In this document: positions 36,930 through 47,704 of the stretch, one piece after another
Layout of the letters: the number at the start of each line of letters is the position of its first letter
Position numbering within the stretch: position 1 is the first letter of the stretch
Assembly (NCBI GenBank): GCA_002269645.1
Contig: NIVC01000110.1
Coordinates: forward strand, 372,001-436,000
From: Macrostomum lignano
Taxonomy: Eukaryota
Direction of reading: 5' to 3'
Length of the DNA stretch: 64,000 nucleotides
Notes under the pieces: model-generated
The model's database searches: none
What the model saw: only the letters and a program-made list of their open reading frames with translations
Told to the model about the DNA's origin: nothing
Translations under genes and position numbers: made by a program

Positions 36930-39030
36930 CCATGAGCCTTGTCATCTTAGCAATTCCCCCAGTAAGCCTTGTCATCTTAACAATTCCCCCCAGTAAGCCT
37001 TGAAATCTCAGCAATTCCCCAAGTAAGCCTTGACAAGAATTGCTAAGAATTGCTAAGAATACTTAGCTAACAATTGCTAATACTTGCTAAGAATTGCTGA
37101 GAAGCCTCGAGATCTCAGCAATTCCCCCAGTAAGCATTGACATCTCAGCGATTCTCCCAGTAAGCCTTGAAATCTTAGCAATTCCCCCAGAAAGAATTCA
37201 CATCTTAGCAATTGCCGCAGTAAGCCTTGAAATCGCTGCAATTCCCCCAGTAAGCCTTAACATCTCAGCAATTCCCCCAATAAGCCTTGACATCTGAGGA
37301 ATTCCCCCAGTAAGCCTTGAAATCTAAGCATTTCCCCAGTAAGCCTTGAAATCTCAGCATTCCCCAGAAAGCCTTCACATTTTAGCAATTCCCAGTAAGA
37401 CTTGACATCTTAGCAATTCCCAGTAAGACTTGACATCTCAGCAGTTCCCCCATTAAGCATCGACATCGCAGCAATTAAACTCGAGCCTTGACATCTACGC
37501 AGTTCTCTCAGCTGAGTAAGCCTTGACATCCCAACAACCCAACTCCCCTCCCCCAAGAATTCAGCAATCCCCTTATGAGCCTTGATATCTCTGCAATTTC
37601 TTCATAAGCCTTGTCAACTCAGTGATTCCATTCATGAGCTTTGATATCTTAGCAACTCCCATCTTAGCAAGTCTTTAGTTGATGGTTAACAGAGTGGTTA
37701 TTCTATGATTGAACCAAAACTGACCCTAAGCCCCTAACCCTAACCCATAAGTGAGTCTTGGCATGTTAGCAATCTCCCCCGTGAGCCTTGAGCCTGAGCA
37801 TTTAAGTAACTTCCTCATAAGCTTTGAAATCTAAATTTCACCGAAAGCCTTGAACTGTCAGCAATTCCCTAAGAGCCAAAGCATATAACTAATTCGCCCC
37901 TTTAATCTTTGAAATTCCTTGATAAATCATTTATGATTGACACGACGATCGCTCTATAATTAAACTCAAATCCTAACCCTTAACCTGCAGCCGAGTCACA
38001 GCATTTCAGCAACTCCCCCTCTCAGCCCAAGAATTTCAGCAATTCCCCAATGAGCTTTTGAAATCTTAGCAATTTTCCCATGAGCATGAAACTTTAGCGA
38101 CTAACCTTTTGATATCTTGGCACTTTCACATGAGTCTTATGGTTGAAAACTAACCCTGCCAAGTCACAGCATTTCAGCAATTCCCACCGTAAACCACAGC
38201 ATTTCAACAAATACCCAATGAACCTTGACATTTCGTGAATTTCAGCTATTCGCTTTAGGAGCCTTTGAAATCTCAGTCATTCCCCGTGAACCTTAGCATC
38301 TCAGCAATACCCAAGAGTCACAGCCTACAGCATTACAGGGATCCCCCGTGAGCTTTGAAATCTCAGCTATTCCCCAATGAGCCTTGATATCTCAGCAACT
38401 CCTATTTGAGCCACAAAATTTCGGCATTATGAGCAGGTACTGCAATCACAACAATCCCCCTGAGCATTGAGCCACATTATAATTCGGATATCCCCCCACG
38501 ATCCTTTACAACTTAGCAATTCCCCAATTAGTATTTAATGTTAGACAGGCCTATTCATTTATATGGTTTACGTCTTACTCTTACCCTAACAATGTCGGCA
38601 ATTCCCTCAAGAGCCACAGCATTCCAGAAATTATTTCCATGAGCCTTGACAGCAAATAATTTTAATGAGCCTTGATACCTCAGAAATTTCTCAAATGGAA
38701 TTTGAAATCAAAGCAATTCTGCCCAGAATCACATCAGTATAGAAATTTCCCTCTGAGACTTGACAAGACATCTCAGAATTTCTCTCATGGGCCTTGATCT
38801 GGCCCATGGCCCAGTAAGCCTTGAAATTTCAATAATTCCCCAGTAAGCCTTGACATCTCAGAAATTCCCTCATTAAGATCGACATCGCAGCAATTGAACT
38901 TAAGCTTTGAAATCAAAGCAATTCTCCCCAGAATCACATCATTATAGCAATTACCGCTGAGCCTTGAGATCTTAGAAATTCTCCCATGAGTCTTGATATC
39001 ACAGAAATTTTCCATACCAGCCTTGACATC
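36930..39030. repeat. Degenerate ~30-bp satellite (AGCCTTGACATCTCAGCAATTCCCCCAGTA), old and diverged
   Basis: Recurrent gagccttga..atctcagcaattcccc units over about 2 kb. Confidence 0.85.
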
Positions 39031-39162
39031 TTAGCAATTCACATTGAGTATTTTATTCTCGACAGACCGCTTCTTTTATGGTTGACATGATGATTCTTTT
39101 GTCGCTTTTTCTTGTGTTGAGTTTTCTTCTGTTTAAAGTAGCATTTATTAAAAACTTACAGT

Positions 39163-39258
39163 GGTTTACCATCACTTTAGCAATGGTTTACCATCACTTT
39201 AGCGATGGTTCACCAGCAATTTAGCAATGGTTCACCAGCAGTTTAGCAATGGTTCACC
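39163..39258. repeat. 21-bp tandem repeat (TGGTTYACCAKCAMTTTAGCAA-like), about 4.5 copies
   Basis: Read directly from the sequence. Confidence 0.85.
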
Positions 39259-40587
39259 GGCACTGTTCCGCAAAATCTGGGAGCAGATGGCTACTGATCT
39301 CCATATGCTTCTCAATAATCGAAACCATTTGAAATGTTTGCAACTTGCAGTTTAAAATTGATTTGCAATTCTCTTGCATATTTATTAATTCATTGTACGT
39401 CAGATTAGCACTGCTCACCCAGATTAGACCCTTTGCAAATTAGCACTTACAGCAGATTAGCACTGCTCTAGAAGACTAACGCAGCCCCAGCAAAAGTATC
39501 TTTAAATTTAAGTGTTTACCATCTCCATGAATCTGCATAGGATGCAATCATTATTGTCACAGGTCACAAAGATAAATTCGCTGCTTCAATGCAGGCTCGA
39601 ACTGCTGTCATCAAAGCATTCTGTTTGCTTCTGCTTGATACTGCCTGCCTACTGCGGCTATTGTGCCTATTGACATGTGGTCGAAATAATCTAGTTTAGC
39701 AACTTCAGCCGTTTGAAGTTAACCCCCGGAAATCGGCATTTATCCCCACAACAACCTGAAATTATCCCTTCATCTAATCCCGCAAAAAGACTGCAGTTAT
39801 TTCTTAGCAGCCGGCATTTATCATCCACTTTGCATTTTAAAACTTTAATTAAAATTAAGAATGCATACCCTCAGCGGCATAGAATTGTCCCCTTAGCCAA
39901 AAATATTTCACTTAGCAGCCGCAGAAATCCCCTAAACAACTTGTACTTAATCTTCCACAGTAAATATCCACTCAAAACTCAATAGTTAGTTATAAGCCTC
40001 AGAAGTCTGCCATTATCCTCTAATTAGTCCGCAGTTTTCCCTCTCAGCAGTCTGCAGCTATACGCTCATACGTCTGGAGGAACTACCTCAGCAGTTTGCA
40101 GTTGTTTCCCCTTTGCAATCTGCAATGATCCCTTCGACAGTCTGCAGTTCCCCTCAGCAGTCTGCAGTCATTTCATTTTCAGTCTACAACTGTACCATTA
40201 ACGATTTTCATTCATTCTCTCAGCAGCCTGCAGTTCTCCTCTCGGCCGGCTCCTCAGTCTCCTCTGCAAACTGCAATTTGCTCAGAATTGTACGGCTCAC
40301 TAATCAATTTTCGATACATATCGGCAGTCTTGAAAAGCTCAGCATTTAGCAGCATTGTCTGCAGTTTAGTAATTTCGTACTTTTATGGAGCTAGACAATA
40401 CCCATTGATGGGATCAGTTATACTCGAAGCAGTTTTTACAAATCAAATTTGATTAGTGGCTTGTGCCGAGTAGCAAAAAATGAATTGCTAATTAATAAAA
40501 AATGTTTCAAATGAAATTAAATAAAAAATGTTTCAATTAGTCCAGGCACAAGCTATAAATTATTGAATTATTTGAATTTTTATTATC

Positions 40588-40670
40588 CGCCGGGGAGGCA
40601 GACTCGAACCTTGGACCTTACGCCTAGTCTAAACCTAGTCCTAAGTGCCTACACTGCGGCTACTCCGCCT
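40588..40670 (-). mobile_element. Degenerate tRNA-like head (possible SINE fragment)
   Basis: Minus strand: TAGCCGCAGTGTAGGC (A-box-like) and GGTTCGAGTCT (B-box); stems are imperfect. Confidence 0.4.
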
Positions 40671-41020
40671 ATTGATGGGAGGACAACAAAATCAGCCATA
40701 TATGCTTCAGAACTGCAGTTAAATACATAGCAGTGATAGGCTGCTCAGTGTGTAGGCGTGCAGGCGGAGCCAATGCACAGTTGATTGAGTGAAATCTATA
40801 AATAGCAATTTTCTATGGAGTCCGCCAGTCAGAGCCAGGGTCAGAATGTACACACGCAGCCACTGAGCATTTTTTCTCCTTGCACACTGCAACCAGTATT
40901 GAAGCTTACACACTGGAGAGAGAAAAGTTATGGCGCAATCATAATTGGAATTGGAATTCAGCCAGTCCAGTCAAGAATTCAACCTAGTTTGCCCTACCAT
41001 TAAAAGCATTGGGAAAACTC

Positions 41021-41560
41021 GTTTTTCGAATATTTAATACCTTTAGCATTAAAGCCGATTAAAGAAATTTCAACTGTCTTCTTTCCAGATAATTACAAAT
41101 CTTTTCGCAAAAACGCGATTAAAATTGGTCAATGGTTCTATCTCTAGAACGTTACACGAATACTAACACAAATTCTCTTCCAGTGAAAGTCACACGAAGC
41201 AGCTATGACATAATCAAATACTCAGGCAGTCAGCATCAGTCTCAATTAAAGTTAGCAATATGGTTACGCAATTTCTGTCTTTCAACTTGGCACAGTGTTT
41301 TCAACTTGTTGTGATGCAATCTTTATCAAAATCAGAATTCAGTCAGTCGGTTTTTTCTCTAGCATTCTTACAGCGCATTTCAAGTCGAAAGAGCTGCTTG
41401 ACCTTTGCAAAAAAGCATGTTTTTCGAATATTTAATCCCTTTAGCATTGAAGCAGATTAAAGAAATTTTAACCGTCTTCTTTCCAGACAATTTTAAATCT
41501 TTTGGCGAAAACGCGATCAAAATCGGTGAAGAATTGCGATCTCTAGAGCGTTATGGACAT
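41021..41560. repeat. Direct duplication of about 140 bp (41021-41160 and 41419-41560)
   Basis: Both copies read gtttttcgaatatttaat..ctttagcatt..gattaaagaaattt..ctttccaga..aaacgcgat.aaaat.ggt..tctctaga. Confidence 0.8.
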
Positions 41561-42369
41561 ACAAACCTTAGAGATTTAGTATATTTAGATAGAAGAAGAT
41601 AGAAGATAGATAGATTGAATAATATTTATAACTGTCCTTTTAAACGGGTAGATCTCTGTAAGTTTTTTACTGCATTCAAGAGTATAAAAAATTATCTGGT
41701 CTTGCACACAGAATAAACGATCAAAGCTAATCTTACAAGCACAGAGAGAATAAAGATAATCCAATCAGCTTGTGCCGAATAATCCCGGATTTGGCTGGAG
41801 TTCTTATCGGTCAAGCACGTCGGAAAGTCGTTCGACTGCCATGGAAATTATTGAAACTATTGGCTAGCTCTCTGCACTGTATACTGCAGTACGATCGTGA
41901 ACTTTTAAGATTTTTTCCTTTCGATTGATTTGAGGTTTAATCTTATAGCGAACTGGCGCTGCTAAATAATATTATGAAAGCTCTAGTCGATTCAATCGGA
42001 GTAGCCCAGACGAAGCTGCCGACCGAATTAAAGTGCGTAGCTGAGAGAAAGAGTTCTGAGAAAATTTCTCAAAGGAATGCGACGAGCCGTCACGCATGAT
42101 TGGCCCACACAGTAGTCAATCGGACTTTCAAGGCTATACGACAAGAGTGGCGACCATGGCTTCCTTCCGGACTTTGGGCCACTTTCTATAAAATAGAAAA
42201 ACATTACTGAATGCATGTATTACTGTTATTCTTTGGATATTAATGTTCCATAATAGTCCTAACAGGGCTGCATGGTTCGAGGAGTGCGAAATTTTCTTTG
42301 ACAAAAATTCTATTTTTTGCGTCTGAACTTACAGTTCCTAAGAGGCACTACAGGGAAGAAGAAGATAAA

Positions 42370-43990
42370 TGAAGAGAGGAGACAGAGAAAAGAGGGAGAG
42401 TAGACAGCTGGGAAGAGATATAGGGGAAAACATGAAAGAGAGAGAGAGAGAGAGGAGACAGGGAAGAGAGAGAGGGGAGACAGGGGAGAGAGAGAGGGGA
42501 GACAGAGAAGAGAGAGAGGGGAGGCAGGGGATAAAGAGAAAAGAGGCAGGGAAGAGAGAGAGGGGAGACAGGGGAGAGAGAGGAGAGGCAGGGAAGAGAG
42601 AGGGTAGGCAGAGGAGAGAGGGGAGAGGCAGGGAAGAGAGAGAGGGGAGGCAGGGGAGAGAGAGAGGAGAGGCAGGGAAGAGAGAGAGGGGAGACAGGGA
42701 AGAGAGAGAGGGGAGGCAGGGAAGAGAGGGGAGGCAGGGAAGAGAGAGAGGTGTGGCAGGGAAGAGAGAGAGAGGAGAGGCAGGGAAGAGAGAGAGGGGA
42801 GGCAGGGGAGAGAGAGGGGAGACAGGGAAGAGAGAGAGGGGAGACAGGGAAGAGAGAGAGGGGAAGCAGGGAAGAGAGAGAGGGGAGGCAGGGGAGAGAG
42901 AGAGGGGAGACAGGGAAGAGAGAGAGGGGAGACAGGGAAGAGAGAGAGGGGAAGCAGGGAAGAGAGAGAGGGGAGACAGGGAAGAGAGAGAGGGGAGGCA
43001 GGGAAGAGAGGGGAGGCAGGGAAGAGAGAGAGGGGAGGCAGGGAAGAGAGAGAGGGAAGGCAGGGAAGAGAGGGCAGGCAGGGAAGAGAGAGAGGTGTGG
43101 CAGGGAAGAGAGAGAGAGGAGGCAGGGAAGAGAGAGAGAGGGGAGGCAGGGAAGAGAGAGAGGCGAGGCAGGGAAGAGAGAGAGGGGAGACAGGGGAGAG
43201 AGAGAGGGGAGACAGGGGAGAGAGAGAGGGGAGGCAGGAAAGAGAGAGAGGGGAGACAGGGAAGAGAGAGAGGGGAGACAGGGGAGAGAGAGAGAGGGGA
43301 GGCAGGGGAGAGAGAGAGGGGAGGCAGGGAAGAGAGAGAGGGGAGACAGGGGAGAGAGAGAGAGGGGAGGCACGGAAGAGAGAGAGGGGAGGCAGGGAAG
43401 AGAGAGAGGGGAGACAGGGGAGAGAGAGAGAGGGGAGGCAGGGAAGAGAGAGAGGGGAGGCAGGGAAGAGAGAGAGGGGGGAGGCAGGGAAGAGAGAGAG
43501 GGGTGGCAGGGAAGAGAGAGAGAGGAGGCAGGGAAGAGAGAGAGGGGAGGCAAGGAAGAAAGAGAGGGGAGGCAGGGAAGAGAGAGAGGGGAGGCAGGGA
43601 AGAGAGAGAGGGGAGGCAGGGAAGAGAGAGGGGAGGCAGGGAAGAGAGAGGGGAGGCAGGGAAGAGAGAGAGGGGAGGCAGGGAAGAGAGAGAGGGGAGG
43701 CAGGGGAGAGAGAGAGGAGAGGCAGGGAAGAGAGAGGGGAGGCAGGGGGAGAGAGAGAGAGGGAAGATAGGGGAGAGAGAGGGGGGAGGCAGGGAAGAGA
43801 GATGGGAGGCAGGGGAGAGAGAGAGGAGAGGCAGGGAAGAGAGAGGGGAGGCAGGGGGAGAGAGAGAGAGGGAAGATAGGGGAGAGAGAGGGGGGAGGCA
43901 GGGAAGAGAGATGGGAGGCAGGGAAGAGAGATGGGAGGCAGGGAAGAGAGATGGGAGGCAGGGAAGAGAGAGGGGAGGCAGGGAAGAGAG
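42370..43990. repeat. 1.6-kb polypurine low-complexity repeat (AGAGAGAGGGGAGGCAGGGAAG-like)
   Basis: Almost pure A/G plus strand; the ORFs called over it are artefacts. Confidence 0.95.
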
Positions 43991-46900
43991 GTTAGTGGAC
44001 GCTAGAGTGCTCACAGAAGAATCGGGCAGCTTTCATTATACGCTTGGGCTTTCTCTCCTGATCAGTCTTATTACTTCATCAGCTCGCTGCAGCCTCCGCC
44101 GCCATGCCGCCGCCCCCACCCACTCCGCAGCCTTTTCTTCGTTTCTCTTTTGCGCCGGCGCGCCCAGCTGTGGCATTTCGACATCAATAAGCCGCATGCC
44201 CCCTACACAGCTTTTCACTTCTTCCGCACCAACCGTCTCGTCATGTTATATTTCATGATGCATATGCAACATATGCGATCAGTATGCCCCATACTTGTAG
44301 TTATATTGAGTCGTGTGTATGTGGGCAGACTTCCTATTTAGTGCTCTTTTCACGTCTTTCAGAATCTGAATAAAAAGTCTCGAGAAGAAGAATGACTGCA
44401 TGATTTTGTACTCATATGGGGAATTCAATAATATATGCGAGGTATACGATCATATGCTTCCGAGTTATGCATTAGTTACAATTGTACTCGCAAATTGATT
44501 TTGATTTTACGAGACCAAAAATTTAAACAAATAATAAGCTAGAAATATTTATAGTGCTAGGCAATTGTGTTAGCCCGATCAATTTAAAACTGCACATTTC
44601 GTTATTAATTATCTGTTTGTTGGTATTTTCCGGTGTGTGTGCAATGTGCATGTACCCAGTTTAAAAGGCTAAATGCGGATTTATTCAATAAAACATTGTT
44701 TGAAAGAAACAAATTTTTATTTCTGCACTTGCCAAATTTCTAAAGCACGAAAACATTTCAGGCGTTTTATAAGTATCTTTCATAGAAAATTTAACAGAGA
44801 TTCTATAGCATCTCTACTAAGAGTAGTAGGTTATTTAGAGCGTCACCACCGGGGGGGACAGCTGGAGGAAAGCTACATGTATAGGGCCGCGGGAATCGAC
44901 AGTGGCGTATTGTGGGAATCAGTAATTTTGCTTCAATGTGTCAACATACAGCGCCTTCGGCGCCAAAAATGATTGCTATTATCGAAATAATGTACACGTA
45001 ATTCTTGGCTTTACAAATTGATGAACTAAAAACCAAGTGATTCAGGCATAGGTAAATTCTTTATTTTAAACTTTTCTCAGCCAAGAAGTATAGAAAAATT
45101 CTCTTTTGAAGACAAATATAGAGCGTAGTCGTACTTTATATTATTACATGTAACATTACGTATACATTTGCAAGCACAATTCATCCTAGCAACATGTACA
45201 ATAATTACATATTGGTGTGACTATCTGCACGATGAATTATGTGCAGTACATGTAACTTGATCCCTTTCATAGACTCTGACCTGTTACATGTATAACAACT
45301 CAGCTGGTTTTTCATTCGATTGTCGATCTTCAACTGTTTAGTTTACATGTACATGTAATGTTGGTTGGGGACACGTACATGTACATGTAGGTTGCATGGG
45401 GTTTTCCAGCTTCCAAACCCCCCTATAGTTGTAAGCCAAGGAGAGGGCATCGAGATGGGGAATTAATTTGACGTCCCCTGGCGTATATCTCGTGGTCGAT
45501 ATGCATCAGGCTTAGCTAGCGCCTATCGGAAGATTTGAGCTGATGTATTTGTCGAAATGTTGTGAGATTGGCCAAAACAGACGTATCAATGGCTGGTAAT
45601 CAGTGGCGATGGTGAACTTCAACTTCCTACCATAGGATCGAGATACTGAGAGGATGGGCTGTAGCTAAAATATGGCGAGCGCTTTCGGCTCAATGTTGGA
45701 GTATTTTTTCAGAGGCTGATAGGAGGGGGCCGGCCACCCCCTTTAATTTATTGCTGGCGATGATGGCGCCCTTTTTCCTTTTGGGCAAAAAAGGTCCTCA
45801 CCACCCTAAGTCTGCTCAGTATAGTGCCATTCTACTGTGTGTTATCGCCCGTCTCGTCGGCGCCCCTCTAATCATATGGCGCCCCTCTCGTCTATATTAT
45901 GGCGCCCCCATGCACTCTTATAGTTAAAATCCGCCTCCTCATTTTATATTGTAAATACGCCTCTGATTATTTCTGCAATGCATTAGCAACATGAGATAAA
46001 GATTACAAGATGTAGTCTTGAGTCAAAATATTTTTTTTTATCCAAGGACTAACAATTAAAAACGAATTCACTGTACAGTGAATCGAAACAAATTAGAATC
46101 CACAGCAAATTAAAAAATATCGCTAAAGAATGAGGCAGCAGTGGAGTATGGAATTTGTAGGGCATAATTTCAAAATTATATAGCACCACTTTAATAAATA
46201 AATAAATAAATCACTAATTTACACGGTAATTGCGTATTATTAGCAATGGCGCAAATTTAATTTGGTGATAAAAATTGTTCTTTCCGAAATTCCGACCGAA
46301 TGCAAAAAAATCTTAGGCCTAGAGCCTGCTTTAGGTACAAAGAAAAAACTATTAACTTACAAATTATCCTTTCAGAATTACTGCCTTCCCAATATCAGAT
46401 AGCTAATAGCGATAGCTCCAACATTAGGCCAGTAGGATTGATATTTAATTAGTAACACAAAGATATTTGACATGTGTTAAAAACATAACACATAGGCCCC
46501 TACTTTAAGCCTCAGCCTATCCTATATATACATTCTGCCTGTTTAGGTTCCACTGCCTAAAGTATATGACTATTAGGCCCTATAAGCATGGAGATGCAGT
46601 TAATCCTAGGCCACTATCTATTCTCAATATTTTAAATGGCTTGTAGATCATTTATGCTTAAGGCAGGCCAGTTAGGGCCTAGGCCAGTTTTGCATTTTGG
46701 TATAACTGCATAGCATAGCAAATTACAGTTTTGATAGGATCATACTTTTATGAGTTGTGTTGTGGGTTTTTAAGGATCTTGAATAATATGAACTATTATT
46801 TCTAGTATATAATATATAACTTAAAATAAACCTAAATCAACCTTTGAACTAGCCATTGGTATTGGTTGGGATATAGAGAATAGGGCCTAGGGAGCAAGGG

Positions 46901-47372
46901 TTTTTAGTACAGGGAAATTCCTTATGGAGATGGATTTTTGTATTCATAGGCTAATCTTCTAATTAAAGATTCATATTGCATAGATCTCTATTAAAGTTTA
47001 AAGAATGTATAAAAATAAATATTAAGTTATACTATAGTAAAAAAGTTAACATATATAAACCTCATACTCTCAAATTTGTTACATATTACATAGTATGCTA
47101 AAAAAGTGACTCCCTATATTATATTTTTAGCTTTGTAAAAAATTCTTATCAAATAAAGATTTATACTAATATATATTGAATTTTATAAAAATTATATATT
47201 AAAATGTTTTTAATGCTTTTTAGCTTTTAAAAAGTTTTTTTAATTGGCTAATTTAGATCAGGCTTACCCCCAGTTTTTGTCTGTCTAACTTTAACCACTC
47301 TTTTTACTGCTGTCCCCTTGGTTGAGCTAGCTTAGGCCTGTTTCTTGCCTAGGCTAGGCTAAGTTTTGTCTA

Positions 47373-47596
47373 TCTAACATTAACCTCTCTCCTTACTGCT
47401 CTCCTATTGGCTAAGCTAGATTATGCCTGCCCCCTTAGAGTGAGTTTCATTCATCTAACATTAACCTCTCTCCTTACTGCTCTCCTATTGGCTAAGCTAG
47501 ATTATGCCTGCCCCCTAGAGTGAGTTTCGTTCATCTAACATTAACCTTTCTCCTTACTGCTCTCCTATTGGCTAAGCTAGATTATGCCTGCCCCCT
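47373..47596. repeat. About 82-bp tandem repeat, 3 copies plus a degenerate copy from about 47283
   Basis: Unit tctaacattaacctctctccttactgctctcctattggctaagctagattatgcctgcccc starts at about 47373, 47455 and 47536. Confidence 0.9.
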
Positions 47597-47704
47597 CCCC
47601 ACGCTCAGTTTTGTTCATTTAACTTTAATCATTTAAGTAGACACTCTGCCTTTTCATATTTCACAACTCAACTATCGATAAATTAACATTACTAACTCTT
47701 TCAG

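Noticed and set aside
44900-45965. CAGTGGCGTATT ... AATACGCCTCTG as hAT-like TIRs
   Set aside because: The match is only 12 bp with a mismatch, the 8-bp flanks (ggaatcga vs attatttc) are not duplicated, and there is no transposase.
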